Shown one piece after another: positions 1-10,601 of a DNA stretch of 64,000 nt. Numbering within the stretch: position 1 is the stretch's first letter; each line of letters opens with the position of its first letter. Origin of the DNA: Epiperipatus broadwayi (taxonomy: Eukaryota; Animalia; Onychophora). The position numbers and the translations under genes are program-made. The notes under the pieces were generated by a model. That model had not been told where the DNA came from. It did not search any database and saw only the letters and a program-made list of their open reading frames with translations. The stretch lies in NCBI GenBank assembly GCA_028023455.1, contig JAQFVV010000009.1, positions 5,394,001-5,458,000 of the forward strand, given 5' to 3'.

Positions 1-445
1 CATTACACTATGAATTTGAGTAGATCCCTACAATTATTGCATCAGCAAACTCTACCTTTGTGGCCAATGGATTAGAACAATGCATATAGCTTTTTACACT
101 TTAATGTTATAATCACTTATTTCCAACTTTTAAAGTTTTATCTTTAATTTTTATCTTTGGTTTTACTCAGCCCACCTTGATTGATTGAGTGAGCTCCATT
201 TACAATTTTTGATACAAAAAAAGTTATCTTATTTCCCCCCTACAAAAGATCAACTAAAAAAGAAACAAAACAAAAATAAAATCAGAATGTTCACTGCTGA
301 TCTTGGCATCTCATTGATTCAGGTTGTTTTGTTGTTAAAAGTAAAAATACAAAGCAGGATGACTATTAATACATTAGTAAAATTTAACATTTGGTAAAAT
401 AATAGCCAACTGACTTTGCTTTAACTTAGCAGAGAAACTATCTGA
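1..445. repeat. Direct repeat copy 1 (partner at about 5218-5585); runs off the window start
   Basis: cattacactatgaatttga...ttagcagagaaact aligns with 5218-5585, roughly 80-85% identical by eye. Confidence 0.85.
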
Positions 446-819
446 TAACAAACAAAACAAACACATTGGACCATTTACAATTACTTTTAATGATTTTTTA
501 AAAAAATATGTTCCCACACATGAACAACTTTTAAAATAAAATTGCAAATGTGAAACTATTTGTGACTATTAAAAATAAAACAAAGATATTACTTGCATAT
601 ATAATATAATTATGATATGCATAAAATTACAAATTATAGCTTTTAATATCTGCTTTATTCTGTGTGTGGGCAAAAATATATACACAGACCATCATCATCC
701 TATTCACGATATGTTTATATAATTTGTACCTAATTGATTATTGTTATAATGGTGATAAATATAGCTCTAAACTAACACACTAATATTTGATTATAATGAA
801 TTGTAGCTTTAGCTACACT

Positions 820-2700
820 CCCTTGTGCATGGCCATTCCAAGAGTGCCCATCACAATACCACCCTCCAATGAGATGTATTCATTAACTATATTTTAACTA
901 AAACAAAAAATGTGCATATATGTTTAAACTTCTCCCCTCTGCCATAATCATTGGAGTGTGGCTGACATGATGCCCAACTGCAGAGATACAACCCCTCCAT
1001 CCCCCAAGCATTGATATGCCAGGCCATGACCATATCATTTTCCCAACCCCTGAGCTAGAAACAATGAGACAGTGCACTGGCCTAAAGATCCCTACTTCAT
1101 CTAGAATCCTATGACAACTATGGAAAGTACTTAAAAATATGAATGCATCCATGCTCCTTCACTTGGAGGCTTGCAGGATCTTTTGCATTGGAATAAGGCT
1201 TTTTCTTAACCATTATGCACCATGCTAGCTTGCTTTCCTGTAATGTGTGCTTTACAAAGTAACTGTCTCAGAGAAATTTTTTCATCTCTGCCTATTAAGG
1301 GAAAATAAATCCATGCATCTTTTGGTGTGGTTCTATAGCATTGATGTTGGCAGTGAGTAGTTTAATTTTAAAGGGTAGTGAGTAATATCTGATCAATCTT
1401 AAAGGGCAGATTATAGTGGATTATCCTCACAATCTGACCCTCTAACATGTGGCATGCATTTAACATTCTGGTTTCGGCCACCTGTCTTCTAAAGAACTTG
1501 GAAGCATCACTTGGGGCAGGATAGTCTCCTGGCACTCTACTCCAGAAATTTCTTAACAGAGCTCTGTAGTCCTCAAATGTTGCAGGATGGTGAAATAAGG
1601 ATTACCACCATGATTGCATCCCCTTGGAAGTGACTGCATGTGATGGCCAGCTTACTTGATTCTGGCATCTGATTTATTTGGAAATACTTTCCCAGGCAGT
1701 TCAAATGTTCTATGGGAGACTCCCTAGTTTGTTCCTGGAATACTCTGATTTTTAGGAACTGCTTTACATTAGACTGAGGGGGCCTGTCCTTCCCTATTTC
1801 TATTCTATTCTCCCACAAACTGCCCATGACTATTTGTTGTACATCATGATCACTCTGCCCTGACTCATCTCACAAACAGAATTCCTAACTTCATGTTCCT
1901 CAATTCCTTTTACTTGATTTTACCCCCCCCCTACTGCTTTCTCATTCCTCATTATACTAAGGTCCTTGACATTTTCTCCTAATTCATTTATGCTTTATGG
2001 ATTTCAACTATACTTCCTTCATTTTTGCTCAACCAAATCTCAACTTTATCCATCCTTGTGGTTTGATCTTCTTTAAACAGTTTCTACTAATCCTTGTGGT
2101 TTGATCTTCTTTAATAGTATTGATGACTGGTGATTCAGTCATATGCTGCTCAATCTTGTTGACAGTTTCTACTAAGGACTGCCAGAAAGTCTGCTGTAAA
2201 CCCTCTGTCTTACTATCATTTCCTGCTAACAGCTTCTCAATATTTTCTATTTTGCTGTTGAAGCTTTTCATTACTAAAATTTTTTGGTTGATATGTCATC
2301 CTTTTCTTCTGCTAATTGCTGCTTAGTCTCTACTTCTTCTAACCTGTTAATAATGTTTTGGTAGAGGTCTCTGCATCTCTCCTAATTTTTCCACACCACC
2401 TCCTCCATACTTTGAAGCCTTGCTTCCATTCCTTGTGAGATATTGTTCTTTATGTCATTCAGCTTTTAAGACAAATCCTTTGCTATATCATTCCTCATAT
2501 CATTCATCTTTTGAGACAAATCCTTTGACCTACCATTCATATCATCTATCTTTTGTGACACCTCATTCATGTCATTTAAGAGTTTTTTCATTTTCTATTA
2601 AGCCCTCATTTTCCTCTCTTGGCTCGTTACCCATTTCTACTTCATTTTCTTGCCTTTCTGGTTGACTTTCCTCGACTGCTTTTCCATTTGCAGTGTCATG
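820..2700 (-). pseudogene. Decayed Gypsy gag (possibly with an integrase zinc-finger scrap)
   Basis: Minus-strand frames give KLAITCSHFQGDA..WW and KFFRRQVAETRMLNACHMLEGQIVRIIHYNLPF. These are homologous to gag of the 43.2-kb element (HLEGQAMDWW; KFFRHQVA...EKQIVKIVYWNLPI). Coiled-coil-like N-terminal region at 2030-2600. Confidence 0.75.
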
Positions 2701-3051
2701 TATTTCTTTTGTTCCATTTTTCTAGAGCATGATCTTGTCAACATGTAAAATGCCCAGTATTTAATAAACACTCTTAAAGTGCTTTGCCACAGTTTTATAT
2801 TACTAATGCACTTAATTGTTGAAAAAGCAACAATTTGAAGCTATTTTTATTTATTTATTTCTCTGAGTATGCATTGCACCATGAATTTAACTCCACCCTA
2901 TTCCATTCACCGTTTATCTATCCCTTACACACTACATTCCACCTATTCTATATTTTTACCTACATCTATTTTATATCAACAAGAAACAAATCAAAACAAA
3001 ACTTCAATCCATATACTAATATTAACAAAAAATCTCATCTTCTATGATCAC

Positions 3052-3424
3052 CCTTTTCTCTCTTTCTTAAAAAAACTAACAAATTATCACTGAAGTCCTC
3101 CACCCATTTTTACACTTATATGGTGTTTTTTATATATATGTGTGGCATCTTATATCTCTTTCTTCAACCAATTTATTTAATTTTTTGGGTAATATACATA
3201 AAACGTTTTTAAAAAAAAAAACTTTCTGGTTTTGAGCCTTTTCTCTCTTTCTTAAAAAAACTAACAAATTATCACTGAAGTCCTCCACCCATTTTTACAC
3301 TTATATGGTGTTTTTTATATATATGTGTGGCATCTTATATCTCTTTCTTCAACCAATTTATTTAATTTTTTGGGTAATATACATAAAACGTTTTTTAAAA
3401 AAAAAACTTTCTGGTTTTGAGCCT
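3052..3424. repeat. Near-perfect tandem duplication, 185-bp period
   Basis: ccttttctctctttcttaaaaaaactaac... starts at 3052 and at 3237; the copies differ mainly in homopolymer length. Confidence 0.95.
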
Positions 3425-5217
3425 TTTTTTGTTGTTGTTTTTTATGTTCGGTGGCCATGTTTTTGCTATACTGGCCATGTTAGATCAGGCCCTACCCATT
3501 TGCACCATTTCTTTATGTACTGGTCAACATCCTTTCATACTTTGTGGTGGATTCTTTCCATGTTCACAGAAGCAAAATAACTGTCATGCATCAGAATATG
3601 GCATTGTTATCAATTCAATAATACCCCTGTATTTCATATCTTATAGTTATCCTATTAAATTGTTAAATAAGAGAGAGATCAAACCAAAGCTGTTTATATT
3701 TCTGGATCTCTCCCTTGTTAAAACTCTATAGATATCCGTGCATTGCCATTCATACCTTTGAAAAGCCGAATTTGAACTTGGCCTTTACACATTACTTCTG
3801 GAAAGAGAAAACCCCTCTTGAAAGGATATACAACTACCAACAAAACATATAACATAAATAAATAAAGAAACTTATCTGCATGACATCAAATTTTTAACCC
3901 CCCGATAAAGCACTATCCCATGGCCCTTTTATTCCAGGTTATTGGTGGATTAAATCACTATCAGAAATATATATGCATTTAATATTGTTGGAGAATAAAT
4001 GAGACACTCACAGAGATATAAGTTATGAAATGGCAAACATATTTATTTACCCCAAGCAACCCATCACCAAATACATACATACATAAAGAAAAATACATTC
4101 TCTAAATCCCCAGATTTATAATATAAAAAGAAGCTTGATAATAATGTTATTCATTTTACATATGGAACTCTCTCATTGTTATATAAATACCTTTGAATGA
4201 AGTGATCTGAGTTTCTATCCACACATGCACATATTGAAGTGTTACAGTTATTTATATAATATCAAGAAAATATGGTTATACATATATGTCTACACATCCT
4301 TTCCATAATTTACATAATATTTTCTAAGTGTGTGCTTGTATAAAATCAAGCATATACAGAGAGCAAGCAATACTATAATTTAAATTATTTCTTTATGTTA
4401 TGAGCAATAATAAAATTAAAAAAAACTTGCACATATATGTATGCACATCTAGGTATATTAAACTTAATCTGGAAGGATGGTTTTTGCTGAAACAATTTCA
4501 TGCTTTGCAGATAAACAATTTGACATAGATGTACTATCCCAAAAATTATGTATATTAATAAAAATTCATTTTAAAGCATACAAACAATATTTAAATAAAA
4601 ATGGTAAATGAATAAAAAAAATTATGCCATCCAGCATCTTCGGACTTTTCCATCTAGACTTAAGGGTTTCTATGTGTGCTATACAACTGGATGACAATGA
4701 GGCAAAGACTTCACTTTAACAAGATGTAGGTGTTGAGATCTTCATCATCAGCTGGAATCAAGTGGCTACATGGTGACAACTTGGAAGAAGCTGGGTGGGT
4801 GCTTGAAGTGGGCTTCTATACCATAATCATTTTGCTGGCTAATGTAGATAATTTTCATCATCTTGAGGTTTCTGCTCAAGGTCTTCTTCTATATGGCAGC
4901 GTCAATAAAACTGCAGCTTATTTGTATAATTTGTGGGACCTTTATTTGAAGCCAAGCTCAGCTTTATACCCATTTTTTTATTAGTTTCAATGTCTCCTTA
5001 AATGCAGCCTTAATAAACAGCCTCAGTTGCTTATAGCTATTAATTGTCAGTCAGATGAGGAGTTTGACATAGCACTGCAATATTTCTGCAACCACGATTT
5101 CACTACATAACAACAGCAATAACCAATGTAATAATCTTAATAATAAGAAGAATCATCTGAATAATAATAATCAGAATAAAAATCTCAGCATCTGGTGACC
5201 AGCTTATATAGTACACT

Positions 5218-5585
5218 CATTACACTATGAATTTGAATACACCCTTACAACTATTACATCAGCCAACTCTACCTTTGTGGCTAATGGATTAGAACAATGC
5301 ATATAGTTTTTTACACTTTAAGGTTATAATCACTTATTTCCATCTTTTAAATTTTTAACTTCAATTTTTATCTTTGATTTTACTCAGACCACCTTGATTG
5401 ATTGAGTGAGTTCCATTTACAATTTTTGATATAAAGGAAAGTTTTCTTATTTCCACCCTACAAAAGATCCACACTAGAAAATAAACAAACCAAAATAAAA
5501 TCAAATGTTCTCTGCTGTGACTATTAATACATTTGTAAAATTTAACATTTGGTAAAATAATAGCCACTTGATTAGCAGAGAAACT
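5218..5585. repeat. Direct repeat copy 2 (partner at 1-445); possibly part of a long LTR
   Basis: Same sequence as 1-445 with substitutions and indels. Confidence 0.85.
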
Positions 5586-7157
5586 CCAAACACTAGTAGA
5601 ATTGGCCAACTCATTGTAAAAATTCAAAGAACTTATCCGGTATTTCTAAATGTTTTATACAAGACATCATTAAATCTGAAACAATTTGAAATTTACAATG
5701 ACTCATTATTGTGTGAAATCAAAGAAATTTTCGCCAAAAGTTAACATTTCCTCAATAGTCTAATGATAGGAAATAGCATTCCTAAAAACCAAATAGTAAA
5801 ATTAGAAAATAATCATATTTGGTCATCTCACATTTATCATGACCCCACATTAAGGATAGTAAATTGCAACAAAAGGAAATAATATAAATGGATTTCTAAA
5901 AAAAAAGAGACACTCATATAGTCAACAAGAGCCAAAATGAGAATGCTGTAATTGAAAAAAAAAATTGATTTATCCCAATTTGCAATTATTTATAAATTAT
6001 GAATGCCATGCAAGTTAGATTGCTTACCCATTACAATGTGATTTCTCATATCTTGTAACATTAACCTTACAGTCAGCACAATACTATAAAACACAAGACA
6101 GATCTTAATAGTTCTAATAATGTGAATAAAGGTAACATGATGAATTGATGCTACAAATCCCATTGCAATATCTATTGTAGATTTGTATTAAACTTAAAAA
6201 AAAAAATGCATAAATAAAATCATGGTAATTGATAACAACAATACAAATTTTATTACAAAATTACATTAATACAAACATTATTGAAAAGTGATTTATTTAA
6301 ATTAAAGTCTATAATCCTAACATTTAAAAAAAATTACACAGACGTATGTGTAAGAACAATTTTTCAATATTATAAAATAATATCTATATCATTTTATATA
6401 TATTGCACACACCAACTAATACATTCACATATGTTTAATTAACATTTCAGAATTTAAATTATTTTCATTAAATGTGACGATCATGAACCTGAGTAGAAAT
6501 TTTATATCATCCAACATTAATAATAAATAACCTCTCATGAATTACAAAAGTAAAAAAAAAAAAAAAGAATACATATCTCTTAAATATTTTATAAAATATT
6601 CACTGTATGGATTAGTTAATAATAAATAATTTCTTTAAAATTGGAAAACATCTTTACATCAGCAAACACATACACTTCTCTTGTTTTTATAAAGAAAAAC
6701 AAACAAACTAATATATTTACTTTACACATAAAATACTCATTTCTTTAAGTTTCACTGTATACATGGTAAAATATTTGCTTAATTTGTATAAATTAAGGTC
6801 TTTTCACTCAAATACAAATGTAGCTCTAGTCATATGATCCTATATATACACAAAATGTTTTATCAAACTGTTTAAAATGAAGCATCTGCTCAGTTTCAAA
6901 TGAAATTCATTTTATGTAATTCAGAAATTGCTAATTTTAAATCAATAAGAATATTAATTTATAAAATAATGAATATGTATATTTTATCTTTTTTTCTCTT
7001 ATATTTTATAATTCATAAGATATTCAAATCTGCATATATAAATAATTAATGTAAAAAAAAATTTTAAATAAACTTTTTTTTTCTTAAAATATTACTTTTT
7101 TATTTTTTAAAAAGTTAATAGTTACTAAAGATAAGTATTTTTATTTTTTATGTCAAA

Positions 7158-7229
7158 TGAGTTGACCGGGAAGCGAACCCAGGCCAGCTGCTTGAAAGGC
7201 AGCTATGCTAACTGCTAGGCCACCAATGC
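7158..7229 (-). pseudogene. tRNA-Gly(TCC)-derived retropseudogene or SINE head with anticodon TTC
   Basis: Minus strand reads GCATTGGTGGCCTAGCAGTTAGCATAGCTGCCTTTCAAGCAGCTGGCCTGGGTTCGCTTCCCGGTCAACTCA, closely matching metazoan tRNA-Gly-TCC. The acceptor stem has 2 mismatches. It is flanked by 18-bp direct repeats (7124-7141 and 7233-7250, 17/18 match). Confidence 0.8.
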
Positions 7230-7555
7230 TTGACTAAAGATGAGTATTTTGTTTCCTTTTAGAATGCTTTTAACTCATCGTTGATTCTCAAAAAAAAAAT
7301 TAAATAAACAATATTATCATTTTTTCTTTTCTTAGTCCTAAGATAAAGTGCTCTATTTAAAATACCGGTTTAATCAATTATCCTAACTATGATGTTTCTT
7401 CAAGCTCTAGTGTTGATCCAATATTGAAGCTGCAGATGTCAATATTAGATGAATATAGATGGATTATTGATTAGCATATTTGCATCTTGTAGTGTTTTGT
7501 AAAATGGCAGACATGTTTGTGCACTCCAGAAAAAACTAGAATTTATTCGAGAAGT

Positions 7556-8272
7556 TGTTTTTAGATGGCGCTCTGATAACTGAGGAATTTAATTAATGCA
7601 TTGAGTAATGGCGATCGACAATTCCAAGAAATATTTTCTGATTACAAATATTTCTAGATAAGAGATGTTACCTTATTGGACAGTGTATTGATTGATAGTT
7701 GCAGTTATCAGAAAGCGATAAGAAGACTGGGTAGCAACTACGCAGTGTAATATAAAGATTTAGTAGAGAGCAGTCACGCAGTAGCAAGTAGCAGACAGTA
7801 TGGAGTGCATTTATAGTAGAGTTACTGTTCAATTTCAATAGGAGTTTAAAGTCAGTCACAGTGCTTACTACGAAGAGTTCGTGTACAGCTAAACTAGACT
7901 GGGGCTGAGGTATGCCCTTTGTGAACCATTTTGCAGCAGCCAGCCTGAAAGAACATCATGGGAAGTGAACTTTAGCGAACTGTAGAAATAGACTCGTTGC
8001 AGACCATTCATTTGGAGAGCATCCGTGGCAGTGCATTCATTGCAGACCATTCGTTTGGAGAGCATCCATTGCAGAGAATACAGATTATATTCAGAGCATT
8101 CATTGCAGAGCATTTGTTGCAGAGCATTCATTGCAGACCATTCGTTGGAGAGCATACGCAGCAGAGCATTAGTTGCAAAAGAACATTGTGGAAATTGTAT
8201 ATAGTTATTTGCTGACCGCCCAGTCATACTTGCGGATATAACATTTGCACAGTCAGACTGGCGGATAGAACA
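7556..8272 (+). repeat. Possible solo-LTR-like repeat containing a degenerate approximately 14-bp minisatellite (cattcattgcagag, about 7997-8180)
   Basis: TGTT...agatggcgct start and ...AGAACA end, GC-richer than the flanks, with an internal tandem motif. No TSD found, so the LTR call is weak; the minisatellite itself is clear. Confidence 0.35.
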
Positions 8273-8525
8273 CATCTCATATTTAGTTTTATAGTAGACT
8301 CATTTATTTAACACATTATAAGCTTGAGAAAGAAAGAGAGGTATAAACCAAAGTGAGTCCATTATTCTTTTGTCCTGCTCCTTGCAAAATATGATCTAAG
8401 AGAGAAATAGATCTCTCTTTATCTGGAATTCTTAAATAATTAAAAACCCTTATTTTTTAAAAAATAATGTTTGGAGTTAATAATACGCTGTTGCGGTGAA
8501 ACTTTTTTTATATATTCTAATTTGC

Positions 8526-8570
8526 AGATTTAGCGCTTTCAGAGCCCTTGTTGCTCCATATTCATAGTCT
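8526..8570 (-). ncRNA. Minimal type I hammerhead ribozyme, A3-U8 core variant
   Basis: AGACU-AUGAAUA-U-GGAGC(AACAAGG)GCUCU-GAA-AGCGCU-A-AAUCU: helix I 4/5 paired, helix II 5 bp, palindromic helix III, CUA cleavage triplet. Confidence 0.7.
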
Positions 8571-8800
8571 TTTCAGATTATTAGTTATATGCAAATGTAT
8601 GCAAATTGCCTCCTATACCATCCATTTTTTAGAAATGGCGAAAGAAGTGTCTCTTCTATTTATTGATTTGGCATTGTTGGTGATGAAACAAGCTTCCTTA
8701 ATTTTCCTCTTGATGGAGCCAATTTTTCTAAACTATATAATCCACTTTCAGCTTAGGTTTTTTGGTTGTTTTCTATTCCCTTATATCATCCATTTGATTG
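8526..8800 (-). mobile_element. Penelope-like element 3' remnant (GIY-YIG C-terminus plus pLTR)
   Basis: Minus frame reads SIKRKIKEACFITNNAKSINRRDTSFAISKKW, homologous to the end of the 33.2-kb GIY-YIG ORF (TKRKVRKAYFIAADPSAINRREACYFLSRKY). A hammerhead motif follows. Confidence 0.75.
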
Positions 8801-8949
8801 CATTGATTCTAATCAAAAACATATACATATTATAATTCTGGGCCGGGCCTGTGATTCTATCTATATAAATATCAGCTTTTTTAGTTTTGTAATAGGAAAA
8901 TTAGAGGAACTAATAGTAAATAATATTATTATTTAAAAAACAAAAATTT

Positions 8950-10097
8950 GAGAAATTCACATTAAATTTAAAAATGATACCTGAATAATTGATGCTTTTT
9001 GGACAGTAATTAATCAAAAAATGGATTGTTCTTGTTTGTGTATATATCTATAAAAAGTTACAGTATTTTTTTAACAGAAAATAGTATGCAATTATACATT
9101 TTTCAATTTACACAAAATTTCTACATTCACGCTAAATTTAAAAATGATACCCGAGTAATTTGCTTTTTTTTTTTTTGACAATAATTAATCAGAAAGGGTT
9201 TTTTTTTTTTGATAGTGTGTATGTATAAAAAGTACTGTTCTTTAAATACTACATTTAAAAATGATACCAGACTATTTTGCAAATTTTTTTTTTTTTGGAC
9301 AGTAATGAATCAGAAAGTGAATTGTTTTTGTTAGTCTGTAGATATCAAAAGCCATAATATTATTTAAATACTAAATTTAAAAATAATGCCCAAATAACTT
9401 TTTTTTGGTATTGACAGTAATTAATCAGAAAGTGAGTTTTATTTTCTTTATGTGTATATATATAAAAAGTTAGTCTTTTTTGAATGGAAAATAAGACGCA
9501 ATTCTACATTATTCAATTTACCCACCACATTTAAAAATTCACACTCAATTTTCAAATGATACCCAACTAATTTGCCTTTGGGGAGGGGGGGCAGTAATTA
9601 ATGAGAAAGTTAGTTCTTTTTGTTAATGTGTATATATAAAAAGGACCGTCATTGAAATACTCGATTGAAAAATAATACCAGACTAATTTGCTTTTTTTGA
9701 CAGTAATGAATCAGAAAATGGGTTCTTTTTGTTAGTGTGTATATATAAAAAGATACCGTTATTTAAATACTAAATTTAAAAATGATAGCCGACTAATTTG
9801 CATTTTTTGGGACAGTAATTAATCAGAAATGAGTTCTTTTTGTTATTGTGTATATATATATAAAAAGTACCGTAATTCAAATACTACATTTAAAAATCAA
9901 ACCTGACTAATTTGCTTTTCTTTTTTTGGACAGTAATTAATCAGAAACTCTGTTGTTTTTGTTAATGTGTGTACATATAAAAACTAATCTTATTTAAATA
10001 GTAAATGTAAAAATAATACCTGACTAATTTTCTTTTTTGACAGTAATTAATAATCAGACATTGGGTTGTTTTTGTTTGTGCTTATATATCAAAAGTA
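8950..10097. repeat. Degenerate tandem array, 9 units of about 110-120 bp with two 175-bp long variants
   Basis: Anchor (g)acagtaattaatcaga at 9004, 9179, 9300, 9415, 9592, 9701, 9813, 9931, 10041. Confidence 0.9.
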
Positions 10098-10100
10098 ACT

Positions 10101-10601
10101 TGTCATGGACAAATTCTCGTGAAAATGTTACTTTTCATGTGATCATCAAAATACTGCTCTACCACATCCTTAAAAACAATTTTTGAGGGTTACCCATTCA
10201 TAATGGAACCTTCACAACATTGTTAATAAAGTTACAATGTAACAGTATGTTAGAGCACTTGAAAAAAAAAACCTATGTAATGAAATTTTAAATAATTATG
10301 ACAGGTTAAAATCCACACACTCTCACACGAAAGTATAAAGAAAATAGACATTCTAGCATTACGATAAAGTTAATAACAACCAGCCAGTGCTTTTAGCATA
10401 GAAAAAAGCCAGACCGGCTCAGCCGGCGGGGACTCTTTGTATTTTATTGTAGAAAGAAGCCTCTTAGGTTGGCTAAGGCCGCTGCGAGGACTCTTTCTGT
10501 ATTTTATCATAGAAAGAAGTCTCTTAGGTTGGGTATAGGCCACTGGAATGGTATATTTCTAGAAATTGACCTAGAAATAGCGCCATCATGTGGCTGACAC
10601 A
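10101..10601 (-). repeat. Possible solo LTR
   Basis: Minus strand starts TGTGTCAGCCACATGATGGCGC and ends ATGACA. It has an internal duplicated approximately 70-bp block containing AATAAA. No TSD found. Confidence 0.35.

Noticed and set aside
1230-1375. KLLTANINA...LQESKL resembling a LINE AP endonuclease
   Set aside because: The upstream frame aligns clearly to Gypsy gag and this stretch follows a small local duplication; no other APE motifs.
7889-8275. 128-aa ORF with CNEC repeats resembling a zinc finger
   Set aside because: Translation of the 14-bp minisatellite; no proper C2H2 spacing.
8548-8835. 95-aa plus-strand ORF
   Set aside because: Antisense to the Penelope-like GIY-YIG remnant.
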